Shown one piece after another: positions 1 through 12,200 of a stretch of 64,000 nt of DNA. Source of the DNA: Antedon mediterranea (Eukaryota; Animalia; Echinodermata); assembly GCF_964355755.1 (NCBI RefSeq), contig NC_092672.1, positions 31,254,437-31,318,436 on the forward strand. Reading direction: 5' to 3'. The position numbers and the translations under genes were made by a program. The notes under the pieces were generated by a model. That model made no database searches. It saw only the letters and a list, made by a program, of their open reading frames with translations, and was not told the origin of the DNA. Numbering within the stretch: position 1 is the stretch's first letter; each line of letters begins with the position of its first letter.

Positions 1-1229
1 TACAGTATATAATTATTTTTAAAAGACGCATCCATAACGCACATCTCCCGGGGGGTCGTATAGTGGGTTATACAATTGACAAGTGCATAAGAAACACCAA
101 TAAACGTTTCACTTAAAATCTACATTAATCCCCAAAAAAAGTCCAACTATACTTACATAATTTGTTCTTGCCGTTCCATGTCCAGGACTTTCATGATAAA
201 TTTATTTGGTTTTAAATCAAGTTCTTTACAAGTCTCAACATAACGGTTCTGTACTCCACTTGGATCTGACATTCTACAAAAAAACTTGATTTAGCCTAAA
301 TTAAATTGGTATATTGTTAAATGTACTGTATAATACAAACTCATTCATTCAATAAAGATGCTAACAGTGACGTGTCATTATTTTTTTGGATTTGTTTTTT
401 TTATTACCTTCATTAATTATCATCTATCATAGTTGAAATGTTTCTAGGCCTCTTAATAGTCAGTCTCCCTCCCACACCGTCTCGAAGAAGACGATATACT
501 ACTGTATATTTATAACACACCTGATTGTATTGCAATTTGATTGGCCAATCGCGTCAAGAGTGTCATTTGGAATTGAGAGAATTTTGTTATTTCATTCGAT
601 GAAAAATTGACTGCTCTATTTTCTTCAACTCGCCTTCACTTCTTCACTTCACAGCAGTCAATTTTTCAACTCATCATGAAATATTCTCACCATCCAACTC
701 ATAAATATTCATTAGGCCTAGTTGTATACTATTATAGTATACTATAGTATTAGGCTTAGGCTAGGCCTACTTAATCTTGACACGGATAACAAACCGAGCC
801 GCCGATTCTGTACTCCAATGCTAGTAGGCTTTATCATGTAGGTCTAGCCTAGCCTAAGCCTAGGCCTAGTAGTAGTACACACGGTACGTGTGAAAATGAT
901 TCAGACTCAGACAGAGAGTGGGAAGTCTTGTCTATCTAGGCTTACTTGTTAAACTATTCTATCTATCCTATTTATCCCTTAACTACCGATAGACCTTGTT
1001 GGTATTATAAGTTTTAACGAAACAACACCTTCAAACCAAATTTTAAAAGAATAATTTCAACTCCGAAAAAGAAGAAACTGGCTTCGTTGGTTGCCAATGT
1101 GAACGACCTATGACCTGATGTGTACTGAACCATAACGAATAATTATAATTCATTTATATTGATCTCTCACAACAAACATAAGTGGATCGTTTTTCGTTCC
1201 AATTTTTCTTAGAACCATTTTTTGAAATA

Positions 1230-3488
1230 ATGAAATTACAAGTTTTAGCAATACAATCAGTTTTTTGTGCGTGTATTGTTGCTGTTTGCAGTACTAAAGT
1301 CTGTTCATATTATGGTAATTATACTTGATTTTATCGTGTTATAAATGCTAGGCAGAACCAGTGTGATGTGTATGGAAATTCCTATTCTTATTTATTATTA
1401 ATAAACTCCTTCTTGTCTTGCATAGCAGTCAGTGTAGCCTCTCATGTGTTTCATTTGTGGCCTGGCCTAGCGCTCGCCTACTGTATAGTTTTTCTTCAAT
1501 TGATCTTTTAAATAGTACTATATAATAGGCCTACGTATTTATAATAATTTATAATTAAAAAATCTACATTTTGCAGATCTAGGAGATATAATTTATAATA
1601 TAGTTATTGTTGAAAATAATTATAATAAATGTTTTCATAATATACTGTACAGTATGTTTCCACCTCAACTATGTTAAGATACTGTCCTATATCATTTTAA
1701 ATACACATTTTTAACAATATAATAATAGAATACCAATAGTAAAATAACATGATACAAAACGTACATTATTTTTCAGGTGAACAACGCTATGCAGCTCCAC
1801 AATCAAGTTTATCGAACTGTTCATGGTTCAGCGACTCGGCGTGTTGTCGTCGTACAGAGGTGACATCGGTCTTAGGTGGTATGTACAAAATCAACAAAGC
1901 ATCGCAAGAGTGCAAGAACAGATTAAATTACATGATGTGTTACTTCTGCAGTCCAAATCAAATGGATTGGTATGATGAGTAAGTAGGGTCAGCTTGGTCA
2001 AAACAACTCGGTTCAAGTCAACTCGGTCCCAAATCAACTCAATCCAAAGTCAACTCAGTCTAACACTAACTCCCTTCCCAGTCAACTTGGTCCCACATCA
2101 TACCAGTCTGACACAACTCTCTCAACCCAAGTCAACTCGCTCCCAAATCAACTTAACTCCATCCAACATCATCAACTCGGTCCAAAGTCAACTCAGTCTA
2201 AAACTAACTCGCTCTCAAGTCAACTCGCTCTCAAGTCAACTCGCTCTCAAGTCAACTTAACTCCATCCCACATCAACAACTCGGTCCAAAGTCAACTCAG
2301 TATATCACTAACTCGCTCTCAAGTCAACTCGCTCTCAAGTCAACTCGCTCCCAAGTCAACTCGCTCCCAAATCAACTTAACTCTATCCCACATCATCAAC
2401 TCTGTCCAAAGTCAACTCAGTCTAACACTAACTCGCTCCAAGTTAACTCGCTCTCAAGTCAACTTGCTCCCAAGTCAACTTAACTCCATCCCACATCATC
2501 AACTCAGTCCAAAGTCAACTCAGTCTAACACTAACTCGCTCCAAGTTAACTCGCTCCCAAGTCAACTTAACTCCATCCCACATCATCAACTCGGTCCAAA
2601 GTAAACTCAGTATAACACTAACTCGCTCCAAGTCAACTCGCTCTCAAGTCAACTCGCTCCCAAATCAACTTAACTCCATCCCACATCATCAACTTAGTCC
2701 AAAGTCAACTCAGTCTAACACTAACTCGCTCCAACTTAACTCGCTCTCAAGTCAACTTGCTCCAAAGTCAACTTGCTCCCAAGTCAACTTAACTCCATCC
2801 CACATCATCAACTCAGTCCAAAGTCAACTCAGTCTAACACTAACTCGCTCAAAGTCAACTAGCTCTCAAGTCAACTCGCTCCCAAGTCAACATAACTCTG
2901 TCCCACATCATCAACTCAGTCCCAACTCAACTCGGTCCAACATTAGCTTGCTACCAAGTCATCTCGGTCAAAAACTAATCAGTCAATCAATCCTAGTATT
3001 CATGAATATTAATGATATACAACTGGTGCCCATTAGGGAGACTTGCTCCAAGTCTGTAGTTATCGTCTTTTTTATGTTAGTTCATGCCAGCAGCGTTTTG
3101 ATTTTTGTCTGAAATAGTGAGCTCAAGTATGATACATATGAAACGCCATGTGTGCCAAAATATCTTTGTACCTAGACTAACCATTAGGCTATAGTGCTGA
3201 TAACAATTGTTTTTTTTTTCCTTATATAGGAATAGAGTGATCATTTGTTCTGATTTCTGCGAGGAAACGTTTAAAGTATGCAATACCGCTACATACAACA
3301 ATGAACCTCTGCTGAAGGGGTTTGAAACGGCCAGCGAATTCTGTAAAGCCCAGAGCTTCCACATGATAGAAGGCACACAGAACTGTTTCAACTTTGACCC
3401 AAATGTGTTTGACACAGGAGGTCAATCATTATCATCATTTCTGTTTGTTTTCGTTTCATTTCTACTTTGTGTTTTTGTAATTCATTAA
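1230..3488 (+). CDS. Folate receptor/riboflavin-binding-protein-like cysteine-rich secreted, probably GPI-anchored protein (181 aa, 3 exons)
   Basis: Exons 1230-1314, 1777-1978, 3230-3488 joined by in-phase GT-AG introns. Hydrophobic N-terminal signal, Cys pattern (C..W....CC, C.......MCYFCSP, IICSDFCEETFKVC, FC, CF) typical of the folate-receptor fold, hydrophobic C-terminal tail. Confidence 0.8.
2000..2970. repeat. Intronic compound minisatellite built on AAGTCAACTCGCTC(C/T)C-like subunits
   Basis: Repeated caagtcaactcgctc / aacttaactccatcccacatcatcaactc blocks in about 100-130 bp higher-order units. Confidence 0.9.
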
Positions 3489-4949
3489 TATTTATAATTA
3501 TATTTGATTATTTATAATTTGCAATTTTTGACGTTCAAAAATAGGTTTAATAGGAATCATGATAATAACAAATGTTGTTTTATATAAAAATTAGGTTATA
3601 ACTGCCAAATTGCTGACCTCCGATGCATGAGATTGTTTATTTAGCGCCCTCTCTCCCTTAAATGTTGTGCTTTGGCTGTTTCAATGTGTATTTTATTTAG
3701 GTACTGTACTTTCTCACTTTGGCCACAACTTGGCAGGTTATAAATTGAAGGGGTGGGTTGGGAGAGGTGGGTTAGTGAAGATTTTTTATTTCTTTCTATC
3801 TTTTTCTTTCTAAGGTCAAGTTCAATATTGAATATCGAAACGTGGCAGGCTGAAGGCGCTTGACCTTTGACAAGATCGCCTAAATTTCTAGTTTTTAACC
3901 TTACAATATTTATATTGTATATTCAGGTACAGCCGCTCCATAATCTCTTTGCTTTTCTTCCTTATATCTTTTTTACATTATATTATTTTTACTAACACTC
4001 ATTACTGTTTATATACCTAATGTAATATGTTTTTACATCTTTAACATAATTTCATAAACATCTTCATGTCGTAAAACTACTCGTAACAATTTTTCTCAAC
4101 TTTCTATCATCTAAAAGTCGTAGTTAGTCATGCCTCGGGTCACATTCTATGGTCACCGTACAGGTAGGCTACTACATTAGTACTTCTATGAATGGATGAC
4201 TAGCCGGTGACAATAACGCTAGTTGGTCATACCCAGTACCGTTTTGATTTTACGATCTTTCGGGAAACCACCTCACAACGATAAATAAAGGAATTTTGTT
4301 TAAGCTTTAAACAAATGTTTTTCTCCTGTTGAAGATCTATATATTTGGAGTACCACCTCAACTTTTGAGATTCCACCTTAATTCTTTTTTTTATCCTCGT
4401 AAAAATATATGTTTTAAGTATTAATTTTATAAAAATGTATAGTATCATTACATGACACAGTATTAATATATAGACCATGACTTCACATGTGTAATATAAA
4501 AAATACTAAATTTAATTTGTTAAATTTGACACATTTTATCTTAGATTTAACAGCTACGAATCTCAAAATTTAACCTTTTAAATAGTGCAATAATTAAAAT
4601 TTGTACAGTGCTAAAAATTGAATGATTTTGCTAAAAATAATTAATTTGTTATTTTACCAAAATTTGGTATTTTAAGTATTATTTATTATTACATTGTATT
4701 ATTTATTATGCAATAAACAATTAAGAAATTTTACTGTGATTGCAAATAAAAATGTACGTTGTAGTGTGTACACCTTTTAACTTGTACACCAGTCTTTTAC
4801 AAAAGTTACCATATTACTACTCTAGTTTAGAATGTTTAATCAAGTATTGTTTTGTTGTAGTATAGTTTAGTATTGCTAATTTTAATTAAACACAGCTTTT
4901 TTAAAGAGGGCCATGTTCAACAGCACTTTCTCTTAAAGGGACAATCTAA

Positions 4950-5091
4950 AGCTCTGTCTACACTTTCAAACTTTATGTGACAAAAAAAATTTGATGTGCC
5001 CATATATGGACATGATGATGTCATATTTGGGCATATCACTACCATATTTGGGCAAATCAAACTTTTGTTAAACTAGAAGTGGGACAGAGCT
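4950..5091. mobile_element. MITE family A (PIF/Harbinger-like)
   Basis: TIR AGCTCTGTCTACACT...GACAGAGCT flanked by TAA/TTA-type trinucleotides; seven copies in the window. Confidence 0.75.
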
Positions 5092-5231
5092 TACATTTTA
5101 TTGATGCTCTGCTCAACAAGCAACACAATTTTTTAATGGAAACAAATTTGTATGGGTGAATAAGCTGAAAGCTTTCAATGACCCAACATCATCAAGCGAG
5201 CAAGTAACTTGTGTCCTTGACATAAAGTTTA

Positions 5232-5672
5232 CTGTAAGTCTTCTAATAGCAACCCACACTCCAATAGTAACCCACCTAAGTCAATCTATAATAATAACCC
5301 ACTACTCTAATAGTAACCCATGTAGGTTAATATTAGAGTCACAAAAATTATTGGCAAAATGACATTATGAAGACTGGTCGTTTATGATGCAGCCGTATTT
5401 GAAAATAAGGAGATAATGCATGTTGATTTCGGGAGTGGGGCAGGATTGAGTGTTTTTGAGTTTATAACATAAAGTTAGAGTTCAACCAAATTTGTTTGTT
5501 CGTACTGTTTTATTATTTTGCTATGATTTGCTGACCGGAAATGTTGGGGTGGGTTACTATTTTCAGGTGCCTAATTTAAGATTAGTAATAGTAACCCACT
5601 ACTCTAATAGTAACCCACCGTAAAAAACAATCAAAGAATAATAACCGAGGGTTACAATTAGAAGATTTACGG
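5232..5672. mobile_element. Non-autonomous Tc1/pogo-like DNA transposon
   Basis: TA|CTGTAAGTCTTCTAATAG...ATTAGAAGATTTACGG|TA imperfect TIRs with TA flanks; internal AATAGTAACCCA repeats. Confidence 0.65.
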
Positions 5673-6189
5673 TAATTTGTTTTTGTTGTAGGCCTGTCTG
5701 TCTGATAAAAGTTGTTTAACAATCGGTAGCCTAAATAGTGGTAGTAAAGTTTTTCTAAATTTGAAGATAAATTTTGTAACTATAAAAAATATTATTAGAT
5801 GTGTCAGAGTTGTTTTGTGGTTAACGGCGTGGTATAAGGTAGTTAATTGTCTGGTTTCCCTCAAACTTCTGATTTCATTTGTTATTTCAATAATCTGCAA
5901 TTCATAGAACAAAAAGTGTAGTCATAACTGATTGTTTGTACTCTTTGGGTCAAGAATTTTAAATAAGTAGTTTATTAAAATGTATATTGATACTTTTTAC
6001 ATAATCTATTGAATAAATTTATTAGATAAATGTTTTTAAAGTTATAGTAAATAGAATAAAGAAAATTTGTAAACAAAAAAAGTTGTTTTTTTTATTATAG
6101 TATTTATGATAAGTGTTTATAATCAGAAGAAGAGAATTCTTCAAGAGAATTCTTCGAAAGTACTCAATATAGATGAAAAAATCATTGTA

Positions 6190-6850
6190 TTGGGTGATTA
6201 TGCAAATTTGATGATTATGCAAATTTGATACTATGCAAATTGGGTGATTATGCAAATTTGATACTTATGTAAATTGGGTGATTATGCAAATTTGACACTT
6301 ATGAAAATTAACTGTTTATGCAAATTGACACGCAAATTTGATGATTATGCAAATTTGATACTTATGCAAATTAGATACTTATTGAATTAGATAATTATGC
6401 AAATTTGACACTTATGAAAATTGACTGTTTATTCAAATTGGACGTTTATACAAATGTGATGCTTATGCAAATTTGATACTTATGCAAATTGAATTTTTAT
6501 TCAAATTGGATACTTATGCAATTAGATAATTTTGCAAATTTGACACTTATGAAAATTGACTGTTTATGCAAATTGGATGATTATGCAAATTGAGTTTTGA
6601 TGCAAATTTGATACTTATGCAATTAGATAACTATGCAAATTTGACACTTATGAAAATTGACTGTTTATGCAAATTGGATGATTATGCAAATTTGATACTT
6701 ATGAAAATTTGATACTTATGGCAATTAGATAATTATGCAAATTTGACAATTATGAAAATTGACTGTTTATGCAAATTAGATGATTATGTAATTTGGATGA
6801 TTATTGTGATGCTTATGCAAATTGGATGTTTATGCAAATTGGATGCAAAT
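6190..6850. repeat. Degenerate ~17-bp tandem repeat containing ATGCAAAT
   Basis: Reiterated ttatgcaaatt(t/g)ga units. Confidence 0.9.
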
Positions 6851-7642
6851 AAGAAAGACATTAAAATAAAAAAATGTTAAACCAATATTTTAAAAACAAT
6901 CATTTTATTAATGAACTGTAACAATAACATATATTTCTTTTTTTACTCATCAAATTAAAACTGTTTGATAAAACTTGCTGTCACTCGGTAATAACATTAG
7001 CCAATTACATGTCTGCAATTTGAAGCCAAAATCTTGCATTTCTCTAGTTTTGCTGCTGCTAATACAATATAGCAAGATTTTAATATTTTCTCAGACACAA
7101 CATCTTAATTGTTTTTATAGATAAATTTTACAAATACATGCAATTCAGTTTTACAGAATACTGTATTTTATCATAATGGTTATTCCAATTGTTCAATATC
7201 TACGTCTCTCTAATATTTTTAATAAATAAATCTGTTAATAATATACCATACTTCCTGAATTTTCACTAATATATCATTTTTATGCGTGGAATACTTTATT
7301 TTATTTACTATTTAAAGATTTTATATCCAAATTTTTAAAATCTTTACAAACGATTTGTTGTTTTTACAATTTTGCATTTATTTTGTATGTTCTCAACGCA
7401 TGATTTTCTAGCCTAGCTTTCTTGTCTTTGAACAATGACATCATCACAAAACTAATGACATCATCACAAAACTGATGACATCATCAGAAAACTCTCTTGG
7501 GCTCAATATGTACAGAGTATCGGAAATTTTAGATGCTAAGCATCATACCTAATTCGCTTAAAGTGGTTTACAAATAATCTCTCCAATTAAAGACCACAAA
7601 TGGGACCACATGTTGTAATGAACTTTTAAACTTCATGTCTTA

Positions 7643-7798
7643 AGCTCTGTCTACACTCGAACAAGTTTTACAAAAAAAATGTGATGTGCCCAAATATGGT
7701 AGTGATAATATGACATCATCTTGTCCATATGTGGGCTTGTCTATATATGGGCACATCGCATTTCATTTTTCAAAAAGTTTGATAGTGTAGATAGAGCT
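7643..7798. mobile_element. MITE family A copy
   Basis: AGCTCTGTCTACACT...AGTGTAGATAGAGCT with the shared gatgtgccca/gggcacatc core. Confidence 0.8.
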
Positions 7799-7895
7799 TA
7801 AAAATAAAATGAATCAATGGAAGGCAGTCGGTCAGATACTTTTTGGTTGTTTTTTTATTGACATAAGTTTGATCAACTACTGGGCCAATCATGCA

Positions 7896-8086
7896 TGCTC
7901 TACATTAACAAAGTCTTCTTACAAGTCTTTACTCCACTCCCAAAGACTTGTAATAAGACTTTGTTAATGTAGAGCATCGTGTGTATATGTTTGTCTCGTG
8001 AACGGATTGCCACCTTTAAGAAGGATAGTGAATGAATTCGCTTATGGTTATCCTTGGCAATTTGCCTAAATAGAAAAAAAAAAAAA
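7896..8086 (+). mobile_element. 5'-truncated SINE with a fold-back 5' end
   Basis: 7935-8070 matches the body of the SINE at 58040-58172; ends in an A-tail; 7896-7930 is an inverted copy of 7942-7977. Confidence 0.65.
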
Positions 8087-8985
8087 TTTCACCTAAAAAC
8101 AAACAATACATTTATAAGTAATTGTTTGATGAATGTTATTTTCTAAATCAAAATACACGATAAAAAATAAGGTAAACTAGGTAATTGCCTTCATTACACC
8201 AAGAAAGCTAACCCTAGCTTTTTATCAAATTTTGGGTGGTCTCTGGCTTGGGAAACATCCATGACAATTTCATCTAGTCCTTTGAGATAAACTTGAAAGA
8301 GTAGCTATTACAGCTTTTACATGGCACAAACAAATGTCCCCTCATTCGCGCTAATATACTTTATTATTTCATGCCGTCCGAAGCGAGCACAGCACCAGGA
8401 CATTAAACTTTTATATAAACATATTTTTGCTTGCTTCTAATATTTATCATGTCAGTTTCATTATTATTTTTAAGGGATTTTCCTAAACCCTGTAGTCTTT
8501 GAACACAATATAAACACATGGAATTTGGAAAACATAACATCATTACTCTATCCATTAGGAAACCCTATCTTGGAATTATTTAAAAATTTGAAAACAATTA
8601 TTTTGTAGTGGTAATGTGTTCAGTATATAAACATTTTTAATTTCAGAACATTTTCTCTATCTCTTGGCATCTTCTGTTTTCAGTCTTCTGCTGAGGGAAA
8701 AACATTTTTAAAAAGTTTGTTTGTTGTTGAAAACTTACATTCAAATTATTTAAAGATATATTGTCTCCTAAAAAATGTTTATTCAAAGCAAAAAAATTCT
8801 TAAATGGTTTTTGGTTAAAATTAAAATTAAGTGAAATAATAATTTTTTTTTGTTTTTTTTTACTTAAGTGGATATTAACTTTATTAAAACTGCAAAATGG
8901 CCTAATTAAATTCTTATTATATTAATCTTCATTTTTCATGTGTTTGGGGTACAATACATCTTTAAGTTACTATAGGTAAAAGTGG

Positions 8986-9185
8986 AGCTGTAGCTTGTTG
9001 GTGTAGTGGAGTACCAGCTTCCTTCAATTGCTTAAGGTCCAGGGTTCAATCCTGAAATAGTGCCAGGGTCGCACTCACTTCTACTCAACTTCCTAAGCCT
9101 CAAATAAGACTTAGTTTCAACCATGAAATTTCACCGTAGTTTATTCATCCAGTAATTGGCAAAGTACTTGCTGTTGGATGCGTAT
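8986..9185 (+). mobile_element. tRNA-derived SINE
   Basis: A-box-like TGGTGTAGTGG and B-box-like GGTTCAATCC, with no complete cloverleaf. Confidence 0.55.
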
Positions 9186-9226
9186 GTAGAAAAGATAAAT
9201 AAAACTTACCAAAGTCCCTTCAAATT

Positions 9227-12200
9227 TCAAACAATTTTCTCTATTTCATCAGCATCATCTGTTTCAAGTTTTTCAATCTTCCTTCCTAGGAAAAATAATA
9301 ATATCCTGGATTTAAATAGCGCCTAATGTTGTGAAACCTCTAAGCGCCCAACATTATTACCTCAGTCATTTTATATTTTGGATCAAACACGTACAGTATG
9401 GAAACATACTCCCATAATGCAGCTAGTAATCAGCGCAAAGTTGTGTCTTGATCTAACCAGGTACCCATGTATACACCTGGGTGGATAGAGGCAAACGTAA
9501 GTAAAGTATCTTGCCTAAGGATACAAGCAATGCGACGAGAGTTGGATTCGAAACTTGATCTCTAGTCGAGCGTCCAACACACTGTGCCACATGCTCTTAC
9601 AAAACAATTTATATAAATTATATTTTCAAAAATATTTCTTTAGTCAAAATGTTAATATAATTTTCTTTCTAAAATAAACGTCCCGCCACATGCATATACA
9701 CACAATATTGTATAATAACACATTTCTATTTGTAGTAGAATTTACTGACTTCCATGATCTACAATTGACCAAGCATTTTGACTTTTAAAATTTTACTATA
9801 TTTTATCACTTCTTGATATAAATTGTATGTTCATATTTAAGGAGAATTTATTTGATTAAAATACATGTTACCATATTACTCTAAAAAAAAAAATGCCTCC
9901 CGCGGATTAACGTCTCGCTAAAATCCCTCCCGAACAATGAATGTCCCGGACGTTTATTTGAATAAATAGGGTTCTTACCAAAATGTTTTTCAATAATTTC
10001 TAGGTTAGCCATACTCCTTGAACCGTCAATGTAGTTGATGGCCAGTCCAGACTTGCCAAACCGCCCTGTTCGCCCGATTCTGTGCAGGTACGTTTCACAG
10101 TCAGCTTTCATATTGAGATCAATGGGCAAGTCAAAGTTCACGACGACAGTGACCTGCTCGATATCAATACCTGATCACAAAATTAAATAACTGTGTTATT
10201 GAGTTAGTAGTTCTTTTTGCAAAAACCAAAAATTAGCAAATTAACCTGATAATACCTAATATTGATTGACCTCTAGAGGGCCAAATCTGTCTAATGACAA
10301 GGTTATACACTGACTTAGTTGACGGGGGCCTTCGTCTCTGTTGATGGTGATTTCCTGTGGTAGGCCTAGCTTCCTTACTTTAAGTGGCCAATCCCAATGG
10401 GGACAAAGTTTGTTATATTTGTATCGTCTGCGTCCTATTAAAATAGCTCTCATACAAGCGGTATGTAAAACAATCTTTATAGATAGAAACGTATATTTAT
10501 CGTCCGAGTGTGCCATGCATATTGTTACGTGTGACGAGAGTCAGGTGTCACATGTCACATGCAAATGAATCAAGTTGCCGGTGGTCAAGTGGACGAATCA
10601 GAATGGAGCGTGGTGGTGCGCGGTATTTTGGAAAGCTGTGCTGGGTGTGTGATACAAAGAAGAGGGTCACTCAGGAGACAGGGCCAGCCAAGGACGCTTG
10701 CGGTTAGAATTGTGCTTGAGACTGGAAGCGAGGCAGGACGATAAGAATGGGGAGGTTGTGATGTGTACGGATGGCCAGGCAAACCAACCACTCGGTATCA
10801 TACGTATCTATAATTGTGTTGTTATGTATTTTGTGCTTCGTGAAAGGAAATAAATGGAGCTCGTGCTCCTTGCATAATACTTTGAGTGTCGACTATTGTT
10901 TGTTCCAAGCCTCGTTGTTGCTATTTAGGTATTTCGGCCTAGGCCAAAAGTGGTCGTAACAATATCATAAGCATAATCTAAAATATTTCTGGTATTAAAA
11001 TTACGTACCAAACTAAAAGTTTAAAAATAAGTATCAAAAACTCTGGGCAGTGGATTATGTTTGAATTTAAACATAAATAAAGCAACATTTTTTAGGTGTA
11101 CAGTATTAGATAAAAAAAAAGTATTCACCAATAAAAATGCCAAGAAATGTTGCTTTTGTTATTTCAATTTTGCTGAACAACAAACAAATTTGGTCTTTTT
11201 TATATGTAACGAAAGCTTACTAGATTTTAACTAGTTTGCAAAGTTCTCGATTCATTAATAGCTTGGTAGAAGTATTATGACCTTTCGGATCTGACAAGAA
11301 ATGAAAGGCAATGGAAGATAAAATTGCTGCCCAGGATATAAATACAGTAGCTGCTTCGCAGAAATAAATTGCTTTAAATCAGCCACTTTTGATGGTTCTA
11401 AAAGTTTTTAAAAAATAAATAAAAAGGTTTACATAAATGCCTCTTATATTAAATTGTGAAAGAAAATTATTTTTTATTAGGGAGTTTTCGCAACCTTACG
11501 AATACGATAACGAAAACGGATACGTCACACATTTGTGAAACTTTTGAGCTGATCCCCATTTCATATTCGTAAAGCGTATTCGTGTTGACGATTATCACCA
11601 GTCATATTTGTGACTACAAAACGAGTATAGTTTTTGATCTATTTTGCACATTTTGCGTTTGAATCAGGAATGATTCATGATTATAATATAATTATACTTT
11701 TATTGAAAGTAATTTACTAAAGTAATTTACTAAAATGCCAGGTCAATTTTGATAAATAACAGTTTTTAACGTCCTCACTCACTTTGATGTTACGCTAGGC
11801 CTAGGCAGCCAAGCAAATTTACCGCAGTCATATTTTGGACGGCGCCCTAAATATCTCGTTGCCATGCGAAACAGATTTTTACTGGCTTACCAAAAACGAA
11901 TACGTGTGCGCGACGTATCCGTTTTCGTTATCGTATTCGTAAGATTGCGAAAACTCCCTACTATTTAACGTTGATACAATAATATCGCTCGTAGTCGTGA
12001 AGTTAAATAGGCCTAGAGGCCTAGTTTTCTTTTCACACTAGTAGGCCTACTACAGTACTATATTATTGATAATTTTTGTAGCCTGGATAGTGAAACAAAT
12101 CTAAACATATAGCCTAGGCCTATATTTATATTAGGCCTAGGTAGGCTAGGTATATTATGTCATCATTTATTTTGTTTGAAGGACTATTTAATGTAATACC

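Noticed and set aside
1994-2260. 88-aa Ser/Gln/Leu-rich ORF
   Set aside because: Translation of the intronic minisatellite.
3812-3868. AAGGTCAAG/CTTGACCTT stem enclosing GAAAC and CTGAAG, considered as a hammerhead
   Set aside because: The core reads CTGAAGG, not CTGANGA, and the required stems are missing.
10256-10959. Cluster of short ORFs
   Set aside because: They overlap the solo LTR and intron and show no recognisable gag/pol motifs.
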